A stretch of DNA of 14,548 nt from Chlamydiia bacterium (lineage in GTDB: Bacteria > Chlamydiota > Chlamydiia > Chlamydiales > Parachlamydiaceae). Both the position numbers and the translations under genes were made by a program. Every line of letters begins with the position of its first letter. The stretch's first letter is position 1. A model generated the notes under the pieces. That model ran no database searches and had not been told where the DNA came from. It worked only from the letters and a program-made list of their open reading frames with translations. The stretch spans positions 1-14,548 of the forward strand of contig JBBSJT010000058.1 in the NCBI GenBank assembly GCA_038257035.1, read 5' to 3'. Shown here piece after piece: positions 1-7,687 of this stretch.

Positions 1-345
1 AATTTTTGCTTTTAGCTTTTCTGCATTTTGCTGATTTACCTCTTCGTATATTTTTAATAGTTTTTCATCTGGAATACCGACATTTGAATCTTGTATGCTA
101 TTATGAAATTGTTTTGTGCAATCAAAAAAAGATGGATTGCCCTCCATTACCTCCCAATCAGTCTTTATTCCACCTAATTCCTCGCTTAATGTTGCCATCA
201 TTCTTAATATTTCGGCAACTCCACCACCTTCCTTTGAAGAATTAATATGCAGAATTGAAATGTTTAGATTTTTTGATATTTTTTGAAGTTTTTCAATAAT
301 TTCATCGCCTACAACTTCACGATACCTTTCTAATAATGTTTTCAT
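1..345 (-). CDS. treT: TreT-like glycosyltransferring trehalose synthase (GT4), N-terminal 115 aa, runs off the window start
   Basis: Manual minus-strand translation from ATG at 345 (purine-rich GAGAGAAAGGG upstream) is open to base 1: MKTLLERYREVVGDEIIEKLQKISKNLNISILHINSSKEGGGVAEILRMMATLSEELGGIKTDWEVMEGNPSFFDCTKQFHNSIQ... The HINS-x3-GGGVAEIL and FF-x2-TK-x-FHN-x2-Q motifs are typical of the TreT N-terminal domain. Divergent from treZ. Confidence 0.8.
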   Translation of the reverse strand, partial: MKTLLERYREVVGDEIIEKLQKISKNLNISILHINSSKEGGGVAEILRMMATLSEELGGIKTDWEVMEGNPSFFDCTKQFHNSIQDSNVGIPDEKLLKIYEEVNQQNAEKLKAKI

Positions 346-515
346 CCCTTTCTCTCTTTAATATTTGAGAATATATTTATTTTTTGCTATTTAAATGTGA
401 TACCCTTGATGTACTAATTTCTTTCTTGTAACTTAAAAGTTTTTCTTGTGATTTTGTCTTTTAATCAAAACTTAAAATCTTAAATATTCTAAAAGCTTTA
501 ACTTTCAAGGACTTC

Positions 516-2426
516 ATGAAAATTACGCGTAAATATCCAATAGGTGCTGAGGTTATAGAAGGAAAGGGTGTACATTTCAGAGTTTGGGCCCCAAATCATA
601 AAAAAGTCAATATTGTTTTTGAAAAAAATGATCAATTGGTCGATAAACAAATTCTTGAAAAGGAAGACTCCGGTTATTTTTCACTTTTTGTTCCTCAAGT
701 GGAACCCGGCACTTTATACCGCTATCAATTAGATAATTCCTTAAACAATTATTCTGATCCTGCATCTAGATTTCAACCCTATGGAGTTGAAGGGCCATCT
801 TGTGTTGTTAACCCCTATTATGCATGGTCTGCACAAGAAAAAAAATGGCCTGGAACTTCATTGATTAATCAAATTATGTATGAAATGCATATCGGAACTT
901 TTACACAAGACGGCACTTATAACGCAGCAAAAAAGGAATTACCGGAATTGGCAAAAATAGGAATTACTTTAATAGAATTAATGCCTATTCATCAATTCCC
1001 GGGAAGCTTTGGTTGGGGTTATGATGGAATTAATTTATTTGCTCCTTATAACAAATATGGAACACCCGAAGAGCTTAAATCTTTTATCGATGAATGTCAT
1101 AAGCTTGGCATGGGCATTATTTTAGATGTGGTTTATAATCATTTTGGACCGGAAGGTAATTTCATAGATCAATTCAGCAAAGATTATTTTAACCAGAAAA
1201 AAAAAACGGACTGGGGCGCTGCAATCAATTTTGATCACCCATCTGTCTCTGAATTTTTTATTACGAATGCCAAATACTGGGTTGAAGAATTTCATTTTGA
1301 TGGCTTAAGAATCGATGCAACACCCGCATTTTTTTGTGAAACAGAAGAACATATCTTAGCGGCTCTTTCAAAAGCTGTAAAAAATTCCAATCCTAAAAAA
1401 AATAAAATTGTCATTGGTGAAGATGAAACACAAAACAATAAGCTTTTAAAACCTTTAGAAGAAAGTGGCTATGGTTTTGATGCTGTTTGGAACGATGATT
1501 TCCATCATACTGCCCTTGTGCGCTTAAAAGGTAAAAAGGAAGCTTATTACAAAGATTATTTAGGCTCCCCTCAGGAATTTATTTCTTCTTTTAAGTATGG
1601 ATTTCTCTATCAAGGCCAATATTATTATTGGCAAAAAAAGATAAGAGGCTCTTCCACTTTGGATTTTACTCCTTCATGCTTTATAATTTTTACAGAAAAT
1701 CATGATCAGATTGCAAATACAGGAACAGGTAAAAGAATCTATCAAATCACGGATCCTGGAATTTATAGAGCCATGACGGCACTCATGTTTTTTTCACCCA
1801 ATACTCCCCTGATTTTTCAAGGTCAGGAATTTGGTTCTTCCGCACCTTTTTATTATTTTGCAGATCATGCTGAATCCATTAATAAAATGGTTCACAAAGG
1901 TAGAAAAGAATTTTTAACACAGTTTGCAAGTTTAAAAGATAAGCTAGCTGCTAAAAAAATTGCTGATCCTTCTAATCCGGTTACATTTACAGATTGCAAG
2001 CTTAATTTTACTGAAAGGATAAAAAATAAAGCTCATTACAAATTTTATCAAGATTTAATTTCCCTTAGGAAAAATGATGAAATTTTTCAAAATATGCAAA
2101 CAATAAGAATGGATGGAGCAGTTTTAGGAGCTGATTCATTTTTAATCCGTTATTTCGGTGATAATCATAATGATAGATTAATTCTCATAAATTTTGGGAT
2201 AGATCAGCAATTGATACCTGCACCGGAGCCTTTATTAGTAGCAGGTGATGATTTTAAATGGATAATTTTGCTATCGACTCATTCAGTTGAATATGGGGGT
2301 GAAGGCATTGTACCTCTTGCAACATCTACATGGGAAATTCCCGGTCATACAGCTTTAATACTTGCGACTAAAAAATTAACAGCCAAAGAAATCATGGTTA
2401 AAAATGAATTGAAGGCTAAGAAATGA
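516..2426 (+). CDS. treZ: Malto-oligosyltrehalose trehalohydrolase (GH13, N-terminal CBM48-like domain)
   Basis: 636 aa; motifs FRVWAP, DPASRFQPYGV, YEMHIGTFT, WGYDG, DVVYNHFGPEGN, GLRIDA, WNDDFHH, ENHDQIAN, FQGQE; same operon as treY. Confidence 0.92.
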   Translation: MKITRKYPIGAEVIEGKGVHFRVWAPNHKKVNIVFEKNDQLVDKQILEKEDSGYFSLFVPQVEPGTLYRYQLDNSLNNYSDPASRFQPYGVEGPSCVVNPYYAWSAQEKKWPGTSLINQIMYEMHIGTFTQDGTYNAAKKELPELAKIGITLIELMPIHQFPGSFGWGYDGINLFAPYNKYGTPEELKSFIDECHKLGMGIILDVVYNHFGPEGNFIDQFSKDYFNQKKKTDWGAAINFDHPSVSEFFITNAKYWVEEFHFDGLRIDATPAFFCETEEHILAALSKAVKNSNPKKNKIVIGEDETQNNKLLKPLEESGYGFDAVWNDDFHHTALVRLKGKKEAYYKDYLGSPQEFISSFKYGFLYQGQYYYWQKKIRGSSTLDFTPSCFIIFTENHDQIANTGTGKRIYQITDPGIYRAMTALMFFSPNTPLIFQGQEFGSSAPFYYFADHAESINKMVHKGRKEFLTQFASLKDKLAAKKIADPSNPVTFTDCKLNFTERIKNKAHYKFYQDLISLRKNDEIFQNMQTIRMDGAVLGADSFLIRYFGDNHNDRLILINFGIDQQLIPAPEPLLVAGDDFKWIILLSTHSVEYGGEGIVPLATSTWEIPGHTALILATKKLTAKEIMVKNELKAKK

Positions 2427-4402
2427 AAAAAAATGATGATTTATGCAATGTCCCAAATGATGATGCCTATTTACTCTATCATGAATGGCTTTTTACTAAC
2501 GGTCTTGGGGGGTATTCTTGTGGCACTTTAAGTGGGACACCGACACGGAAGTACCACTCTTATCTAACAAGTGCCTTAAAAAATCCTTTTGGTAGGACCG
2601 TCATGTTAAATTACATTGCCGATTCCATCATCATTGCAGAACAAGAATTTCCAATATCACAATTATCTTTTAAAAATAAGCCGCTAGATACTTTAGCTTT
2701 AAAATGCGAATTTAGACTTGAAGAAAATATGCCTATATGGAGATATCAATTTGAAAATACCATTCTAGAAAAACGCATATGGATGGCTCATAGTCAAAAT
2801 ACGACATACATCGAATACGAATTAATTGAGTCAACAGAGATTGTTTCGCTTAAAATGCGCCCTTTCCTTCAATACAGAACTACTGAAAATGATGTTTATA
2901 CAGAGTTAGAAAATAACTATGAAATTCATACAGATATGCAAGGAATCGAAATTTTAAAGCTGCCTTTTCCTGGTTTAAAACTTATAAATACTCATTCAGT
3001 TTTTACAATAGATTTGCAAATAGTTGAAAATATTTATTATGAAATAGAGGAAAAACGCGGTTATGAATCTGTAGGTTCCTTGACGAGCCCGGGATTTTTT
3101 TTAGCACCTTTAAATATCCGTGAAAATATGACTTTTATTGCCTCTACAGAAGATTGGACTACAGCAAAAGCAATGTCAGCAAAAGAGGCGAAAACTGCTG
3201 AAAAACAAAGAATTAAATCTATTTTAAAAGAAGCTGAACCCCTTTCATTTTCAAAAACAGCCGCAAGACTCATTATTGCAGCAGACCAATTCATTATTAC
3301 ACCAAAAAGTAGAGAATTGGATATTGTCAAACTAACAGCGATGGGAGAAAACGTTTGTTCTGTCATTGCAGGCTATCCTTGGTTTACAGATTGGGGCAGA
3401 GACACTATGATTTCATTGGAAGGTCTGACACTCACGACAGGCAGACCCCATATTGCAAAGTCTATACTTCGTACATTTGCTTTATATATTCATAAAGGTC
3501 TTATCCCTAATATGTTCCCTGATGGTGAAAATTTAGGCCTTTATCATACTGCGGATGCCACATTATGGTTTTTTCATGCTGTTGATCGTTATATCACCCT
3601 AACAGGAGACAGAGATTTCCTAGATTTTATGTTGCCAAAATTTAAAGTTATTATTGAAAGCCATATTAAAGGCACTTTATTTGGTATAAAAGCTGATGTT
3701 GATGGTTTATTGATTCAGGGTGAAGATCATTATCAACTCACATGGATGGATGCAAAGGTCGATGACTGGGTTGTCACTCCTAGAAGAGGAAAAGCCGTTG
3801 AAATCAACGCTCTTTGGTACAACGCCTTACGACTTTTGGATGAATGGTCAGGAACAGAAAGTGATCTTGCAAAACAGTGCTATAAGTCTTTCAATGAAGT
3901 TTTTTGGAATGAAAAAGAAGGGTATTTGTATGATGTTATCTCTGATGGTATTAAAGACTCCTCTTTAAGACCGAATCAAATTTTTGCCATTTCTTTAAAA
4001 TATCCAGTTCTAGACCCTGCCCATTGGAAAAGTGTCATTGATATTGTAAAAAAAGAACTTGTCAAGCCAAAAGGCCTCAGGACTCTTTCAGCAAATCATA
4101 TCGATTATAAAGCTCTATATGAAGGTAATCTATTGAATCGCGACTCAGCTTATCATCAAGGGACAATATGGCCATGGCTAATAGGTTCTTTTATTGATGC
4201 TTGGCTAAAAGTATATCCGGATATTGAAGAAGCTAAAAAAATATTAATGCCGCTTGATAGTCATATTTATGAAGATTGCATTGGAACAATAAGTGAAATA
4301 TTTGATGCAGAAGATCCATTCCATGCTAAAGGCTGTTTTGCACAAGCCTGGAGTGTTGCAGAGTATTTACGTATTTATGCTAAATTAAACTTTAAAATGT
4401 GA
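2423..4402 (+). CDS. Amylo-alpha-1,6-glucosidase / glycogen debranching enzyme (GDE_N + GDE_C type)
   Basis: 659 aa; EWLFTNGLGGY, IAGYPWFTDWGRDTMISLEGL, LTWMDAK, TPRRGKAVEINALWYNAL, RPNQ, YHQGTIWPWL, GCFAQAWSVAE; ATGA overlap with the treZ stop suggests translational coupling. Confidence 0.92.
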   Translation: MKKNDDLCNVPNDDAYLLYHEWLFTNGLGGYSCGTLSGTPTRKYHSYLTSALKNPFGRTVMLNYIADSIIIAEQEFPISQLSFKNKPLDTLALKCEFRLEENMPIWRYQFENTILEKRIWMAHSQNTTYIEYELIESTEIVSLKMRPFLQYRTTENDVYTELENNYEIHTDMQGIEILKLPFPGLKLINTHSVFTIDLQIVENIYYEIEEKRGYESVGSLTSPGFFLAPLNIRENMTFIASTEDWTTAKAMSAKEAKTAEKQRIKSILKEAEPLSFSKTAARLIIAADQFIITPKSRELDIVKLTAMGENVCSVIAGYPWFTDWGRDTMISLEGLTLTTGRPHIAKSILRTFALYIHKGLIPNMFPDGENLGLYHTADATLWFFHAVDRYITLTGDRDFLDFMLPKFKVIIESHIKGTLFGIKADVDGLLIQGEDHYQLTWMDAKVDDWVVTPRRGKAVEINALWYNALRLLDEWSGTESDLAKQCYKSFNEVFWNEKEGYLYDVISDGIKDSSLRPNQIFAISLKYPVLDPAHWKSVIDIVKKELVKPKGLRTLSANHIDYKALYEGNLLNRDSAYHQGTIWPWLIGSFIDAWLKVYPDIEEAKKILMPLDSHIYEDCIGTISEIFDAEDPFHAKGCFAQAWSVAEYLRIYAKLNFKM

Positions 4403-4409
4403 GAATATT

Positions 4410-7136
4410 TTGAATCATGAACTTGTAGCGACTTACAGAATTCAATTGAATAAAGAATTTAATTTTAAGGATGCCGAAGAAATTATTCCTTATTTAAAAA
4501 AATTAGGGGTTAGCCATCTTTATTCATCCCCTATTCTTACAGCAAAAGAAAAAAGTACACATGGGTATGATGTCGTGGATCATGGTAAATTAAATCCGGA
4601 ACTTGGAAGTTATGAAGAGTTTGAAACATTCATAAAAAAATTACATGAATCAAACTTGTCGCTTCTTTTAGATATTGTTCCAAATCACATCTACATTGGG
4701 AATCTTGAGAATAAGTGGTGGCGAGATGTACTTAAAAATGGAAAAAAATCCTCATATGCAGCCTTTTTTGATATCGATTGGCACCCATTAAAAGATGCAT
4801 TCCATGAAAAAATTTATTTGCCACTACTAGATGAACCTTTTGGTAATTTTCTTGAAAATCAAAAAATTAAGCTTGTGTTTCAGGATGGTGAATTTTTTAT
4901 TCAGCTTTATACTTTTTTAATTCCTACGGATCCAAAAACAGCACATTTAGTGCTAGACCCACTTTTAGAGGAATTTAATAAGGTGTTCGAGCCTTCAAAC
5001 CCCTATTTACAAGAGTTCAAATCCATATTGCATGCTGAGCAATTCATTGAAAAATCAGATCACTTGTTTAAAAGATGCCCTAAGATGCTTGACATTCTTA
5101 CAAGCCACTTGAACACATTAAATGGCATTAAAGGAAATCCTGCGAGCTTTAATGATTTAGAAAAATTTTTGAAATCGCAGCATTATCGTTTATTTTACTG
5201 GAAAGTAGCAAATGATGAAATTAATTATCGAAGATTTTTTGATATTGTTGAATATGCTGCCATACGTATGGAAAAAGAAAAAGTGTTTGAAGAAACTCAC
5301 CATTTAATTTTAGATTTTATTAAGAAAGGTTTTATACAAGGTCTTCGTGTGGATCATATAGATGGACTCTATGAGCCGGAAAAATATCTTCATAAGTTAA
5401 AAGAAACAAATATTTCTTATTTAATTGTCGAAAAAATTTTATTAGGCAACGAGGTGTTAAGAAAATCGTGGCCTGTTAACGGCACGGTGGGTTATGATTT
5501 TTTAAATAGTTTAAATCAGCTTTTTATTTACAGCGATAATAAATCATCTTTTTTAAACTTATATAAAGAATTTACAGAAATTAACACCTTGCCAAGCCGC
5601 GTCAAGCATGATGCCAAACGCTTTATAATTCTTACTTCGTTAGCAAGTGAACTCAATTTATTAACACGAAAGTTAAATCATATCACAAATAATCATCGCC
5701 ATTCTTGCGATTTTTCCTATGAAAATTTAAAAAAAGCTTTAGGCGAAATCCTTGTTTATTTTCCCGTTTACCGCAGTTACATAAATGCTTCAAAGGGTGA
5801 AATAACTAAAGAAGACTCTCGATACATTGTAGCAGCAATTGCAAATGCGAAACGTTTCGATAAAAGCATTGACCCAGCAATTTATACCTTCATACAAAAC
5901 CTTTTTCTTTTAGAACGGATAAGCAATGATAAAGATTACTTAGAAAAATGTAATGACTTTGTTATGCACTTTCAACAGATCACAAGTCCGGTCATGGCAA
6001 AGGGTGTAGAAGATACCGCATTTTATCGGTATTTTCCATTGGCATCTGTTAATGAAGTAGGGAGTGAGATGGACTCTTTTGGAATGTCGTCTGAAACCTT
6101 TCATAAAAAAAACTTAGATAAGTTCGAATTTTATCCAAGTTCTCTTTTAGCATCTACCACACATGATACAAAACGAAGCGAAGACGTCCGAGCAAGAATG
6201 AATGCATTATCTGAAATACCTGATCAATGGAAACAGGGTTTATGGGATTGGAATCGGGTTAATGAACCTCTCAAGATTCAAACTGAAAATTATTTAATTC
6301 CAGATAAAAATGAAGAATATTTTATTTACGAAACACTTATTGGTACTTGGCCATTTGAGGGAATAGATGAAACTTATATTGGGCGTATACAGAATTATAT
6401 TGCTAAATCTATTAAAGAATCAAAAATTCATGAAAGCTGGATAAATCCGGATGAAGAGTATAGCAATAACATTCAATTATTTATTAAAAATATTTTAAAC
6501 AATAAAGATTTTTTAAATAAATTCACCCCTTTAAAGGATTTTATTCAAAATATGGGGATGTTAAACTCTCTTTCTCAAGTTTTGATTAAGCTAACATCGC
6601 CAGGCATTCCTGATATTTACCAGGGTAATGAAATTTGGGATTTTAGCTTAGTTGATCCTGATAACAGACGTCCAGTTGATTTTATTAAAAGAAATAAAAT
6701 GATAGATCGTTTAGAAAATGAAAATTTGCAAGCATTTTTAGATAATCCAGAAGATGGCATGATTAAGTTGTTTATTACAAAAAAAACTTTAGAATTCAGA
6801 AATAAAGAAAAAGAGCTATTTTCATTGGGTAATTACATTCCTTTAAATGTACAAGGGAAAACCCCTGAACATTGTATTGCCTTTGCACGCCTATTTGAAA
6901 ATAGAATCTGTTTGATTTTTGCAGCTAAATTCTTTTCATTTTTCATGGAATCTTTTAATAAATATAAAGATGAAAATTTTTGGAATTCACATTTTTTAAC
7001 AATTCCAATGGAAATGGTTGGATTGCCTTTTAAGAATATTTTTACCAATGAAATTCATGTATTTTCTGAACAGAAAATCCCACTTCAAGATTTGTTTAAA
7101 GTCATGCCTTTTGCTTTGCTCACCTCCACCACTTAA
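4410..7136 (+). CDS. treY: Malto-oligosyltrehalose synthase (GH13)
   Basis: 908 aa, TTG start 7 bp after the upstream stop; ATYRIQL, STHGYDVVD, LDIVPNH, INYRRFFD, GLRVDHIDGL, VEKIL, MAKGVEDTAFYRY, THDTKRSEDVRAR, PGIPDIYQG, SLVDPDNRRPVD. Confidence 0.95.
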   Translation: MNHELVATYRIQLNKEFNFKDAEEIIPYLKKLGVSHLYSSPILTAKEKSTHGYDVVDHGKLNPELGSYEEFETFIKKLHESNLSLLLDIVPNHIYIGNLENKWWRDVLKNGKKSSYAAFFDIDWHPLKDAFHEKIYLPLLDEPFGNFLENQKIKLVFQDGEFFIQLYTFLIPTDPKTAHLVLDPLLEEFNKVFEPSNPYLQEFKSILHAEQFIEKSDHLFKRCPKMLDILTSHLNTLNGIKGNPASFNDLEKFLKSQHYRLFYWKVANDEINYRRFFDIVEYAAIRMEKEKVFEETHHLILDFIKKGFIQGLRVDHIDGLYEPEKYLHKLKETNISYLIVEKILLGNEVLRKSWPVNGTVGYDFLNSLNQLFIYSDNKSSFLNLYKEFTEINTLPSRVKHDAKRFIILTSLASELNLLTRKLNHITNNHRHSCDFSYENLKKALGEILVYFPVYRSYINASKGEITKEDSRYIVAAIANAKRFDKSIDPAIYTFIQNLFLLERISNDKDYLEKCNDFVMHFQQITSPVMAKGVEDTAFYRYFPLASVNEVGSEMDSFGMSSETFHKKNLDKFEFYPSSLLASTTHDTKRSEDVRARMNALSEIPDQWKQGLWDWNRVNEPLKIQTENYLIPDKNEEYFIYETLIGTWPFEGIDETYIGRIQNYIAKSIKESKIHESWINPDEEYSNNIQLFIKNILNNKDFLNKFTPLKDFIQNMGMLNSLSQVLIKLTSPGIPDIYQGNEIWDFSLVDPDNRRPVDFIKRNKMIDRLENENLQAFLDNPEDGMIKLFITKKTLEFRNKEKELFSLGNYIPLNVQGKTPEHCIAFARLFENRICLIFAAKFFSFFMESFNKYKDENFWNSHFLTIPMEMVGLPFKNIFTNEIHVFSEQKIPLQDLFKVMPFALLTSTT

Positions 7137-7323
7137 AAGAAAGTTAATCCAATTTGGAGTACATTATGGATAAATTGAAAAACAGCTAAGACAAATCCTT
7201 AAATGCAAATATATACTGATGCTACTTGGAAGTGAAAATTTGCAATGTTCATAAAACTACTTATTATAACATCTTCGATTTTTTACAGGATATGCAGGAT
7301 CGCTACGCGACAAAGTCGCTTTA

Positions 7324-7598
7324 GCGCATATGCATTAAACTAAGAAGAGTAATTATAAAGCAGGCCTACAGCCTGCGACCACAACACCTTGAACCTCTAG
7401 GCATTGCCCTAGGCTGTCAAAAACCAGGGCTTTGCCCTGAAAAATCGTCTTTTAAGGCTGAAGGCCTGAGTTATAAAAGCCTAGGGCACCGCCCTAGGTA
7501 TGGTGAGGAATAACCACGCAGGCTGTAGGCCTGCATTATAATCAATCTTAAGATCTTTTATTTAAGCAATTTGAAGCCTTAGCTTAATGCGTATGCGC
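7324..7598. mobile_element. Second MITE-like insertion with 21-bp terminal inverted repeats and flanking direct repeat
   Basis: 7324-7344 gcgcatatgcattaaactaag versus 7578-7598 cttagcttaatgcgtatgcgc (19/21 inverted match). Flanked by TTTA on both sides (7320-7323, 7599-7602); the direct repeat extends to cgctttagcg (7317-7326, 7596-7605), so the exact boundary is ambiguous. Confidence 0.7.
7352..7542. repeat. REP/BIME-like cluster of short GC-rich hairpins, two units in inverted orientation
   Basis: Outer arms 7352-7377 and 7517-7542 match 25/26 inverted (gcaggcctacagcctgc core). Internal hairpins ctaggcattgccctag, cagggctttgccctg, aggctgaaggcct and cctagggcaccgccctagg. Same modules as 13279-13474. 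Confidence 0.88.
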
Positions 7599-7687
7599 TT
7601 TAGCGATCCTGCATATCCTGTAAAAAATCAAAAAATGATATAGATTGTAATGATCTAAATTTTCAAATTGAAGTAGAACCAGTATAT

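Larger units (their letters stand above)
7277..7629. repeat. Interrupted palindromic element: perfect 29-bp inverted arms
   Basis: 7277-7305 gattttttacaggatatgcaggatcgcta is the exact reverse complement of 7601-7629. Removing the inner 279 bp restores a compact hairpin with core cgctacgcgac-aaa-gtcgctttagcg. Confidence 0.9.
7212..7686. mobile_element. ERIC-like MITE (outer layer) with TATAC...GTATA ends and nested insertions
   Basis: 7211-7241 (atatactgatgctacttggaagtgaaaattt) matches the reverse complement of 7657-7687 at 25/31. Both ends finish in TA, and both have counterparts at 14206-14237 and 14381-14409. The right end lies 1 bp from the glgX stop codon. Confidence 0.7.

Noticed and set aside
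6..245. 79-aa plus-strand ORF from the ORF track
   Set aside because: Antisense shadow of the treT-like frame, which has recognisable motifs.
422..449. TTTCTTGT direct repeat with 20-bp period in the treT/treZ intergenic region
   Set aside because: Only 8 bp in very T-rich DNA; not distinguishable from chance without comparative data.
7212..7686. Autonomous IS or known structured ncRNA in the treY-glgX gap
   Set aside because: No transposase-length ORF and no RNA family I recognise; the symmetry is explained by nested DNA repeats.
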